From the NCBI RefSeq assembly GCF_964194155.1, contig NC_135887.1, forward strand, positions 3,658,001 to 3,722,000: DNA of 64,000 nucleotides, read 5' to 3'. The notes beneath the pieces are model-generated. The model was not told where the DNA came from, did no database searches, and saw nothing but the letters and a program-made list of their open reading frames with translations. The position numbers and the translations under genes were made by a program. Shown one piece after another: positions 13,212-23,284 of this stretch (its first letter is position 1; every line of letters begins with the position of its first letter). The stretch is from Cetorhinus maximus. Lineage: Eukaryota.

Positions 13212-14902
13212 CTAACAGGCCTTATGTTTACATTTTCAGGTGCTATGTCTTGGTGCTGCCCCCTCGCTGGGAGTGGTATCTGAGACAGCTGCTGACTCTG
13301 CTGTCCTGTTGGCCTCGATGACCTTGGCGGGCGTCCTCTGGCCCGTGGAGCCTGTGATGGCCCCGCCTGGGATGGTCTGGCCAGTTTCAGAACTGGCACC
13401 TCCCCAGTCGTCACAGCCTCAACGGATGCAACGTTGACTGGCAGAGGGGCGGAGGAGCTGCTGCCCTCATCCGGAGCGCCCTGAGAGGAGCCCACAGAGA
13501 CGACAGGCAGCTGCGGCGCCGATGTGAGGTCACATTGGACCTCCCTGCTCACCGCAGATGCATGGGCACCGAGCACCGACACTTGGTGCCCACAACATCT
13601 CCCACATTCTCAATGACCACCTATGGCCAGTACCGCTGTGAGTGCTTGCAGATCAGAGCGTAAACCAGTCAGAAGATTCTCAATCCGCTGGAAGCCCCTC
13701 TCCATGAGAGTCGCCAATCTCTCAATGGAGGAAGCCTGAAGCTCTGTCCTGAGGTTCATGCCATCACTGACACTCTGCCTGGACTCCTCCACCACAGAGA
13801 CCAACTGAAGCACACCCTCATGCAATCCTGCCAGATGCTCCCGCGCATCCTGCCACTTGTCCTGCAGCTGCTGCATGGCTGACATCTCCAGAGGCACATC
13901 ATCACTGCCGGACTCAGCATGTGCCTGGTCCCCCGCAGTCCTCCAGCTGCTGGTGCCATCGGCACTCTCTGTCCTGCCATCTCCTCCAGCGATTGTGAAG
14001 TGCCCTCTCCACTGTGCCCTGGGACACTAGCCGATGTCATAATCCCCAATGATGTGTTTGTCACTGCGCTGGTGCCTGGCTGGCTGAAATGATGTGACGC
14101 AAGTTGCAAGTGATGCCCCTCAGGTGTGGAGGGGGCTCTGGACGTGTTGGGGGCGGCCATGCGGTGGTGATGCTGAAATTAACAACAAGGACAGTGCATC
14201 AGTTAGCGTTCAGTCAGTAACACCTTTCATCCCTTTCCCCCCCTCAGCCTCATAAATCGCTCACCCTTCAAGAACCTAAGGAGAAGAACATTGGTGGGGT
14301 GGTAAATAGTCAAGAGGAGGCCCAAACATTACACGCGCATACAGACAGGCTGGTCAGATGGCCTAAGGAATGCCACATGGAATGTTATGTGGATAAGTGT
14401 TCGGTTAAGCACTTGGGCAAGACAAGCAAAGTACAGGAATACATGAGTAATGGTGGGACCGTGGGAAGTCACGACGATTACAGGGACCTTGCTGGGCAGA
14501 CCCGTTAATGTAGCAGAACAGGAACATAAGGCGTTTAACAAGGTCAAAGCCAAACTTGCCTTTATTAGCCGAGGAATAGAATGTAGGAAAAGGGAGGTCA
14601 TGTTGCAAGTGCAGAAAACGCTGTCGAGGCCACATCTACACTTCTGCGTTCAGTTGTGACCTGCGCTTCATGGGAGGGACCGCATTGGAGTGGGGAGAGT
14701 GCAGAGGTTCCTGGCCTGGATCCATGCTGACCTGGCTGCAGTGTGGGGCCAATGTGCCCCTCAGTTCTACGATGCCTGCCTTGCTGCCCTCCTGGAAGAG
14801 GTGCAAAATCATCGGGAGGTGTTGTTTCCGGAGGATGGGAGGAGGAGGGCCCCCCACGTGATCCTCTGCCCTCACCTCTTCTAGAGCCCGGCCGCTGGCC
14901 AT
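13212..14902 (-). pseudogene. Harbinger Myb/SANT-like gene, rearranged
   Basis: ATG at 14902 downstream of a TATAAA-like site; acceptor ttgttgttaatttcAG at 14173; coiled-coil-like last exon with basic tail; the Myb-domain segment at about 14658-14860 is inverted. Confidence 0.75.
14285..14658 (+). mobile_element. CR1 RT fragment inside the Harbinger element
   Basis: DRLVRW..KCSVKHLG and LAFISRGIECRKREVML..RPHLHFCVQL motifs. Confidence 0.8.
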
Positions 14903-16180
14903 GGCAAACAGCCTAAAGGAGGCTGCCTGGCCTTTCTTTATACAGACTGCTGGTTCCCCATTGGAACCGGCGGTCTGAACACGTCCGCCGCAGATTTGAA
15001 TTTCCCGCTGTACACGGGAGTCTGAAACGCGCTGGGCGGGCCTTAATTGGCCCGCCCACGCAAAATGTCAGCACGGCCCATTTCGCTGGCGACGATCGGC
15101 TCTGTGCCCGCCGCCGATTGGGTCAGGCCCACCCGCCCGACAAACAGAAAATTCAGTCCATGATGCGGCAGGCCTGCTCGGAAAGCGGTGACACACCTCA
15201 CCAGCTCTCCAGCCCGCAGCTGAGACCCTTGTTGCCTCCCTAGAATTCTGGCCGAAGAGCATTTGCATGTGAATAACAGGGCAGGTTACAAGATCACAGA
15301 GAAGCATATGGACATTCCTCAGCAAAACGTTGCTCATAGCACCATTACCACCATGTTTCTTATCCCAGAGACAATTGTTTTACATAGTTGTCATGAGAAC
15401 TGACTGCGTGGTGCTAATTAAACCCTGGAAGCCACATGAGATGGTTCTGTTAAGGCTATAGTAACTCATGCCTCTATGACTCAGAACAGCAATAATGTCC
15501 TGACACCTTGTAATCACAAATAGCTTCTGGACTGTCATCCTTACTCCTGACTGTTACAGATGCAGGTAATAGATGACTCCTCAGGCTATCTACAATCTCC
15601 ATCATATGCATGGAAACAGTTGCTACTGCCAGAATGTAAAATCAACCCTCATGTTTCTTCATACGACGCCTGCTAAGGTTTAGGTCCCGAGTCTCCTTAG
15701 CCAAAGGCAATCATTTCTCCATCCCCAGTTTGAACTTCCACTTCTACTCAGCTCCTCCTATTCAGTGTTTCACCCAGTGATATTCCCCTCTGCCTCACCA
15801 ATTAAACCCTTGTGGATTTGGGGATGGTACGTGACCAAGATATCATGATGGTGTTGTGGTGAGAGCTGGGGCTGGAATTGTTGAGTTGATGTGCCAGGCT
15901 GCTCTACTTCAATGCAAATGATTCAGTTCATGAAGTTCTCCAGGAGGGTAAACAAAGGGAATTATTTTGGAAGAGTTACTTTTAAAGTGTTGCAGTTCAA
16001 TAATAGAGCAGCTATAAACTTTAAATATTTGAAGATAGCAACAATCCACTACATGTACCATGGACCTGCCTTGACCAAAGTGCTTTCGACAGATATCTTT
16101 TATTTCTCTCTTCCCCAATGCTACCCTTACTTGTGTCCCAAATAATTGCATTGCTTCCCCCTCTTCATTTATTCTTAAAT

Positions 16181-16923
16181 GTTCGTAATTTGCTGTCAGA
16201 ATAATGATGAGGCTAATAATGCTCACCATTTTTTATATGTAAAAACTGCAGCAACTTCAGGCAGTGCAGATGCACAATTAAAATGCAGAAACCCAAAAGT
16301 TGCTGTCCAAGGTCCTACCGCTTTGTTGTGAGCATCACAAAAATGACATCTTGCAGTCTGGCTCATGATTGAAATGCACTAAAAGCTGTGAAATTGCTGT
16401 ATTTGCACAGTAGATACAATTTAAACTCGCCACAGAAAGTTAAGCCTTGTCCATTTCAGTCCAAGTACCCCTTTAATAATACAATGTTAATTATTACCAA
16501 GAGACCCCTCTGACATTGAAAATTTCCCATTACAATTTTGGAGTTTCATGGTTGAGATTTTAAAACTAAAAGTTACAATTTAATTTTTAAAAATTTTTCT
16601 TTTAAGTCTTTTTCTCTCGCTTCCCTAATCCAATCTCTCTTTTCCTCTCTTTATTTCTCTTGAGTTCACCGATTCTAATTTACACTTCCTTCTCAGCTCT
16701 TGCACTGTTTATTTCATAGTACTTCAGTACGATCCATTAAGAAGATACACAGTTGCTTGCCCTGTTCACTCAGGTCCCAGGTGCCCTGTGTTACTTGCTG
16801 CACCTTTATCAGCTTTTCTTTTCAGAAACTTGCCACACAAAAATGTTTAAAACTTAAATGTGAAAAGGCAAGTCTAAATAATGGCAGATGTTGTTAGATC
16901 CCCTGCTACAGCAAATTATGGCC
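16181..16923. mobile_element. MITE of a second TIR family (probably Harbinger)
   Basis: GTTCGTAATTTGCTGT / ACAGCAAATTATGGCC termini; flanks AAT / ATT. Confidence 0.55.
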
Positions 16924-17525
16924 ATTGTTCTGATTGTCACTGTTCCTTTCATTGTCGTGATTTTGTTCTCATTGCAGGCAATTTTTTCTTTTGTAAAGAG
17001 AAGACACAATGAGAAAGGAATCTGATTGCCAGCTGCACTTTCTTCCACCCAGGTATGTGCATTCATATGAGGTGATAATGCTTTCAGGTGCAGGCTGGCT
17101 TTCATCATCCCTTCCTTAGTACTCATACTGCCACCCTTGTGTCAGGCTTTGTAAGTAGGAACAATGCTATAGTCTGTGACTACTTCCCAAGCTTTCTTGT
17201 GAATATTAAAGTTTTACATTTAGCCAATCATTTACAGGAAGGGGGTAGATTAGCTCTGGCATTGAATTATGACTCTATTGTTCTTGGGTATGAATGGGGA
17301 CTTGCACCTTTATATGCCTCAATTGATTTCATTAGCTCTTTTCTCACAATTTCTAGCAGTATCGGTGTGGGTGGGGAAAACAGTGAATGTCTTGGGTGGA
17401 GTTCCATAATTCCAAAAAACTTGTGCCTTATCATCCCTTCCCCCACCCCATTACCTCCCAATGTCAGTGAGCCTGTTAAACCTGTAACAATACCGTTCTA
17501 AACACGTCTAGAATACAACATAGAT

Positions 17526-17729
17526 AAAAATACCCGGAAAAACTCAGCAGGTCTGGCAGCATCGGCGGAGAGGAACACAGTTAACGTTTCGAGTCCATAT
17601 GACTCTTCAACAGAACTCGAAACGTTAACTGTGTTCCTCTCCGCAGATGCTGCCAGACCTGCTGAGTTTTTCCGGGTATTTTTATTTTTGCTTTGGATTT
17701 CCAGCATCCGCAGTTTTTTGCTTTTATCT
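17526..17729. mobile_element. Short palindromic PLE-derived insertion with 17-bp TSD
   Basis: About 70-bp inverted arms with one visible mismatch; TAGAATACAACATAGAT at 17509-17525 and 17730-17746. Confidence 0.85.
17578..17618 (-). ncRNA. Minimal hammerhead ribozyme-like motif
   Basis: Minus strand AGTT-CTGTTGA-A-GAGTC-ATATG-GACTC-GAAA-CGTT-AACT; stems I and II pair; palindromic stem III; A6-to-T change in the core. Confidence 0.6.
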
Positions 17730-17979
17730 TAGAATACAACATAGATCACCACAACCCCCACCCGAACGTAACAGATTTCTAGCTGGATCATGTGGGTGGA
17801 CCGTAGTCCCAACCACCAATTCTGCAACAGTTTGAGGAAAAGCCAAACCACAATCCTTAAATATTAATCTTTACTTGGTGTTTCGCTGGCCTAGCCAGTG
17901 GTGTAGTGCTCCCGGAGCTCCGACACCTCCAGTAACCAGCAACAGCCCCGCCACTCCCCACAAAACCCCAGCTTGCACC

Positions 17980-18312
17980 AAACAGCTCCTCCTGAACAGC
18001 CCCTGCTGCCCCTAAACAGCCCCCGTTTCCCCCGAACAGCCCCTGCTCCCCCCGAACAGACCCTGCTCCCCCTGAACAGCTCCTGCTCCCCCTGAACAGC
18101 TCCTGCTCCCCCTGAACAGCCCCTGCTCCCCCTGAACAGCCCCTGCTCCCCCTGAACAGCCCCTGCTCCCCCCGAACAGCCCCTGCTCCCCCCAAACAGC
18201 CCCTGCTCCCCCCAAACAGCCCCTGCTCCCCCCGAACAGCCCCTGCTCCCCCTGAACAGCCCTGGCTTCCCCTGAATAGCCCCAGCTCCCAATGAACAAC
18301 CCCAGCTCCCCT
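17980..18312. repeat. 20-bp minisatellite (CCTGAACAGCCCCTGCTCCC)n, about 16 copies
   Basis: Tandem array visible directly; source of the GGAGAV/SRGCS low-complexity ORFs. Confidence 0.95.
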
Positions 18313-18829
18313 TGAGCCCTAGAAACATTTTGCGACTGCTGCTGACATGGAACTACAGTTCCCAGAAGGCTGCAGCCTCTCTGAGGTCTTTTGTGCATGC
18401 ACCAACCAGGAACTGGCCGGCACACACCCGGTGTGCCTTCTATCATTCCTTCGGCTGGGGAAGGGCCCTGCGCGCATGTGCAGAAGAAAAGGCCTTAAAG
18501 GGCCCAAACACCAGCCAAACGCCATGGAACTACAGGTCATGTGACCTGAGCTGCAGCACCATTATGGAGGAGCTAGCCCACTGAGCAGGACACAGCAAGG
18601 GGGACAGAAGAAAGCTCGCAAAGCTTCCAGAAGTAAAGTTAAAGAAAGAGCTGCACAGGGAGCAGACTTGAAGCAAAGTAGGCTTGAAAGAAGCCATGAA
18701 GACCTGAGGAGGCAGCTGAAGGTTGGTGACTCCTTACTGAGGGCCTTTGGAGCAGTGGTGTTCTGCTTGACACGGTTGAAGATCTGAAAGTGTGCTTGGA
18801 AGGTGAAGATTGAGTATGCGTTCAGATGA

Positions 18830-19765
18830 GGAGAGTGCACCAACAGGTGTTAAGAATGCTAAGAATAGGTTGACTGTCCCCGGTTGTGCCAATGTGCTGG
18901 CACACACACAAATGTAAATTGGCTGCAATTCGGAAAAGCAAATGCCCCAGGAGCTTCAAGGATATTTGGACATTATCTGTTCACTATAATGCCAATAAGA
19001 GAAACTGAGTAACCAGTGACATGTTTTCTGATTGGTTTCAGAACCGCTTTGTACCAAAGGCACATGCGCATTGTCAGGTAGCTGAACTTGTAGAAAAGTG
19101 TAAAATCATGTTGCTCCTGGTACATTGTTAAGCACATCCCCCTGCCGAACTCTTGGTGAAGAACAATGTTTTCTCTGTTTACTCCCCCAACTGCCCCAGA
19201 CCCCCAACGTAACGTCATTAATTCAGCCGATAGACCAAGGCAATTTTTGGGTCATGAAATGTAAATGATAAAAACAGTGATGACAAGGATGACATAGTGA
19301 ATCCGGTAGAGAAGGTGCCCATTGACGAATTTATTTAGATGTGTGACGGGTTGATAGATGCACTTGGGCAATGTGCATTTATAAGTGAACAAGAAATAAT
19401 GTCAATCTAAAAAATAAAAGATGAACTTATGAAACAAAAACCAATGTTGATGAGGCAGATGAAGCTGTAAGATTTATTCAAGAATGCCAACCAGCAGAGC
19501 ACATCAACACTCAACGCTCTCCTACAAACAGAATCAAAGATGGTGCCACAGGTGGCCACTTATTAGAGGTACACTGCACTTATTATTCAGTGATACAGTT
19601 TACTTTTCTAGTCCTTTTATCATCTTTATACTCAGCTAGCCTAGGCTTAGGCTGTTGTAATGTAAGTAGGCCTAGTCCTATATGCCGTATCCAAAAGCCA
19701 AAATTATCTGAAATCCAAAATGCGATTGGCACTGAGGATTTTTGATAATGGATACTTGACCTTTA
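18830..19765 (+). mobile_element. Tigger/pogo (Tc1/mariner superfamily) remnant: DDE_1 transposase fragment and right TIR
   Basis: Manual translation gives KNAKNRLTV..GTHKCKL..DWFQNRFVP..AHPPAE..PNVTSLIQPIDQG..MRQMKL; terminal GATAATGGATACTTGACCT resembles a Tigger4-type TIR. Confidence 0.8.
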
Positions 19766-20431
19766 AGATGTTGCAGAGTGAAATTCTAGCTATTCTAAAG
19801 ACCAGTGATTCAAAATGCCACACAGCTCAAAATAAAATGCTGACCGTCTACCGGCATTAATATTGTTCACTTAAAAAGCATAGTTTACTGATTTTGGGAA
19901 CTCAAATGATTAATACGTAGGAAAACAATGCAACAGGAGATTTAGAAATGATATGGCCAACACATTTCCTTAGAGCTCCTGCACCTCAAAACTCCCCACT
20001 ACACCACTGGGCCGAGTCATCTCCATTTGATGACTTCAGCGGTATGAACTGGCCACAGTGAGAAAATACGTTGCAAAATTTGACCAGCACAAAATAAATT
20101 TAAACGTATATCTGGAGATTGAGCAGATGTACAAACAACTCCCACAACATGCTTTTATTTAAACTGAACAGCTTTGTCTCTCCTTCAATAACTGACCAGG
20201 CAAAATGTCCATATTCTGAGTGCTTTAAAACAAGCTGGGCTCTGTTTTGATGTGTGAACCTATATTCTAATCCCATGTATATTGTAATGGAAGAAAGGAA
20301 GAGAGTAAGTAAGAAAAGCAGTTTACTGAGCTTTTTAATTGAATGTTGCTAACCTTCAGCAAAAGCTTGCTTATATCTTGTTATAATCGAGCATCCTCAA
20401 TGGGCCCAAGTAATGTGGCACCCTATTGTAT

Positions 20432-20688
20432 AAGCAAAATATTACGGATGCTGAAAATCTGAAATAAAAGCAGAAAATGTTGGAATTACTCAGCAGGTTG
20501 GACAGCATCTGCGAAGAGAGAAAATCAGAGCCAACGGGTGAATTTTTACACTGGCAGGATTTTACAGTCCTGCCTAACTTAACGGAGTTTTGAACGGCTC
20601 GTTGCTTGTTACAGCCCCACCCCCGCCATGACAGGGCCATAAAATTCCACCCAACATTTCCGATCGATGGCCTTTCATCAGAACTGTT
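20432..20688 (-). mobile_element. PLE terminal remnant, same family as 17526-17729, with hammerhead core split by a MITE
   Basis: GGATGCTG..AACTCAGCAGGT..GCATCTG similarity; minus-strand CTGATGA-AAGGCCATCGATCG-GAAA-TGTT at 20653-20685. Confidence 0.65.
20536..20652. mobile_element. Very short Harbinger-type MITE (117 bp)
   Basis: TIRs GGGTGAATTTTTA / TAAAATTCCACCC; TSD AAC. Confidence 0.8.
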
Positions 20689-21033
20689 TCACCCTATAGG
20701 ATCATCGCATAGGGAACCATTAGTTGCCTGTTCTGCCTTCTTGTGGAATGGGCAGGAGTGAGGAAGCCCGTGACAAGGAGACTGGGCAATGATAATGGAT
20801 GGAACCCTCCCTTCCGGGACTGAGTCCCGTGACAGGGGCAGGGATGGGGAGTGTTTCCTGCTGACGAGGCCACCGAGAGTTCTCGCCGTGTCATGTGGCC
20901 CCGGTCTCATTAATTATGCAGTCAGGCGTTTCCCGATGCATCGCATGGCAGGGTGGGCTGAATGGCGCCATCATATCCAAGTCCCACATTTAAAAGGCGT
21001 CTGGACAGCGACTTACCTACCACTCTAATTGAG

Positions 21034-23202
21034 ATGGTCAGAAGAAGGCAGGGGCCTCCGGCGCCCAAGTTCAGCGACGCCTCCTTGGGCGTCTGACTCA
21101 ACCAAGTGGAGGGCGGGAAGGACGTCTTCTTTCCAGCTGATGAAAGAAGGAGGCTGAACAGGGAGAGGAAGAATATAGGAGGAAGCCTCGAGCACAGTCA
21201 GTGCCCAGGACCTCCAATGCCGCAAGAGAATGAATGACATCATCCTCACCGCCAAGGTAAGTGAACCCTCAGCCGCTCACACTCACCTTAATGAATGGTA
21301 CAGGGGACATGGGCCTCAGTGGCACCGTGATAAGGTCATGCCTCATAGCCCCACTGCAGTACATCCACTCTGCAACTGGACAAGCCAATGTGGCCAACTC
21401 ACCCTTCCACACAGAGAACTCACATGCTGTCCGGAAGAGGGAGGGAGGGGGGAAGGGGGGAGGGAGTGGAGGGGGGAAGGGGGGAGAGGGTTAAGGGGGG
21501 GTAGGGGGAGGGGGTGGAGGGGCGAAGGGGGGAGGGGGTGGAGGGGGAAGGGGGGAGGAGGTGGAGGGGGGAAGGGGGGAGGGGGTGGAGGGGGGAAGGG
21601 GGGAGGAGATGGAGGGGGGAAGGGGGGAGGGGGTGGAGGGGGGAAGGGGGAGGGGGTGGAGGGGGGAAGGGGGGAGGGGGTGAAGGGGAGAAGGGGGGAG
21701 GGGGTGGAGGGGGGAAGGGGGGAGGGGGTGAAGGGGCTCAGGCATTGAGGACGCCAGCAAGCTCCACAAATGACATGCCTGTCTGAGTCCGATCCTTCTA
21801 TCTGCATGGGCTCGCTGCTCTGGAGGGTGCTGGCCCAGAACCCTTCTGGACATCAATCACATGGCACACAATCCAGTGGGTTACTTGTCAGACTGGGAGC
21901 ATCAGAAAGACAGGTGAAATCGCTATATACAATTAGATGCAAAATACAATTGCTTTGAACCCCACCTTCTCTCTTCTCTTTGCGCAGGAGAAGTGAAGCC
22001 ATAATCATCGTGAGAGGGAGAAGATGGGAGGGTGTCAGCCACATTTGAAAGAACTCACTGATTTTGAGGAATGGGCAGCCCAGCTGGCAGGGGTGGACCA
22101 GGACTGGACCATCAGAGATGAAGAGATTGGCTTGCGGCCAATAGAGACCTCAGGGTCCTGCGTTCCACCATGTTGGAGGCAGCTCATACAGTCAGTCACG
22201 CTCTCCTCTCTCATTTACAGGTGCCACCAGGAAGAGGGCAAGGCCCAAGACCCTGGACTCTCTGTCAAGCTCTAACACAAGCCCGAAGAGGAGCAAGGAC
22301 ATCGCAGATAACCAAAGCGCACCTGTACAGGAGTCACAGCCGACGCCTGCTCCCTCCACCAGCCCAGAGACACACACCTCAGTGGGTATTAGTTCTAGTG
22401 TAGGAAGAGTCTCACATTCCAGTGGTCACTGCACGGACACGTGTCCGCAGCATGAGGAGGGAGGGTTAGCCGAGCTCACCGGCCCTTGGAGGAGTGCTGG
22501 GGAAGAGGCATCTGCGAGGTCCGAGTCCAATGACAGACTTCTGGAATTTTCCTTCCAACTAATGGTGGAGAATCAGCAAGAGGCAGCAGAACATCAGGCA
22601 GAGGTGTCGGAGGCTCTCAGCAGGGGGACACGCGAAGCGGAGGAGTCCGTCCACCTGCTGACTGATGAAGTGGTGCCGACCTGTGCAGCGTGGAGGTCCC
22701 CATGGGGAGGGTGTTGAACTCCATGGAGAGCCTGGTCCAGCAGATTCTGCTGGAGGTGCAGACAGGCCTGCACTCAGGGTGGCCATGAGTGAGCTTTAGC
22801 AGTGTGTATGCAAGAGGGGGACAGGGGCACCTCGACCTCCCTCCAGGTGCCCCTTCCCCTGAAGGAATCTGTCAGGGGCCTTCAGGCACCCAAAGGGAGG
22901 AGGAACTGGACACACCTGGGGCCTCTGCTCAGGACTCCCTGAGGTTGTCCGGCCCTTCCAAATGCCCTTTGCCTATAACCCCTTCAACCTCGTACTTTGT
23001 CACCGCAGAGGGAGCGGCTGCCTCACAGCAGGACAGCCAAAGTAAGCTGGGTCCCTCCAGGCCTCAGGCCTCCAGAGGGCGGCCGCCAAGTTCATCCAAG
23101 GCAACAGGACCAATTGGTCATCAGGCTGCCTGCGCCCCTGCTGCGGGTGTCATGGGAGCATCTAGAAGAAATGGTAGTGGAAGAAAAATGAAAAAGTTCT
23201 GA
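21034..23202 (+). pseudogene. Three-exon Harbinger Myb/SANT-like gene remnant (element truncated)
   Basis: APKFSDASL..QCRKRMNDIILTAK|gtaag (21256); exon 2 from 21988 (HNHREREKMGG..LTDFEE); exon 3 from 22221 to basic tail RKMKKF. Confidence 0.8.
21433..21737 (+). repeat. G-rich minisatellite (about 20-21-bp unit GGGGAAGGGGGGAGGGGGTGGA)
   Basis: About 300 bp of G-runs within Myb intron 1. Confidence 0.95.
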
Positions 23203-23284
23203 ATTCACAAGCGGTTACACAAGTGCACTATGAATGTCACACATATCAAACTTTTGTAAATATAGTTCACTTGCACTTTAATCA

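Larger units (their letters stand above)
11172..15159. mobile_element. PIF/Harbinger DNA transposon (about 4 kb, formerly autonomous)
   Basis: TIRs GGGCAGAATTTT / AAAATTCAGTCC; TSD ATG; convergent transposase and Myb-like genes. Confidence 0.95.
10529..15253. mobile_element. Harbinger-type MITE hosting the large Harbinger insertion
   Basis: TIRs GGCCAGAA / TTCTGGCC; flanks TAA / GAA (imperfect TSD); split at 11171/15160. Confidence 0.6.

Noticed and set aside
17857-18446. Gly/Ala-rich repetitive ORFs or a CRISPR-like array
   Set aside because: A 20-bp tandem minisatellite with no unique spacers; open frames arise from stop-free repeat units.
16978-20305. Plus-strand exon pair (16978-17052 and 20200-20305) with good-looking splice sites
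   Set aside because: Together they contain stops in every frame, giving at most a 33-aa peptide; could be UTR or lncRNA exons but cannot be supported without transcripts.
21230-21856. Gly-rich and Pro-rich (extensin/formin-like) ORFs
   Set aside because: Translations of the G-rich intronic minisatellite.
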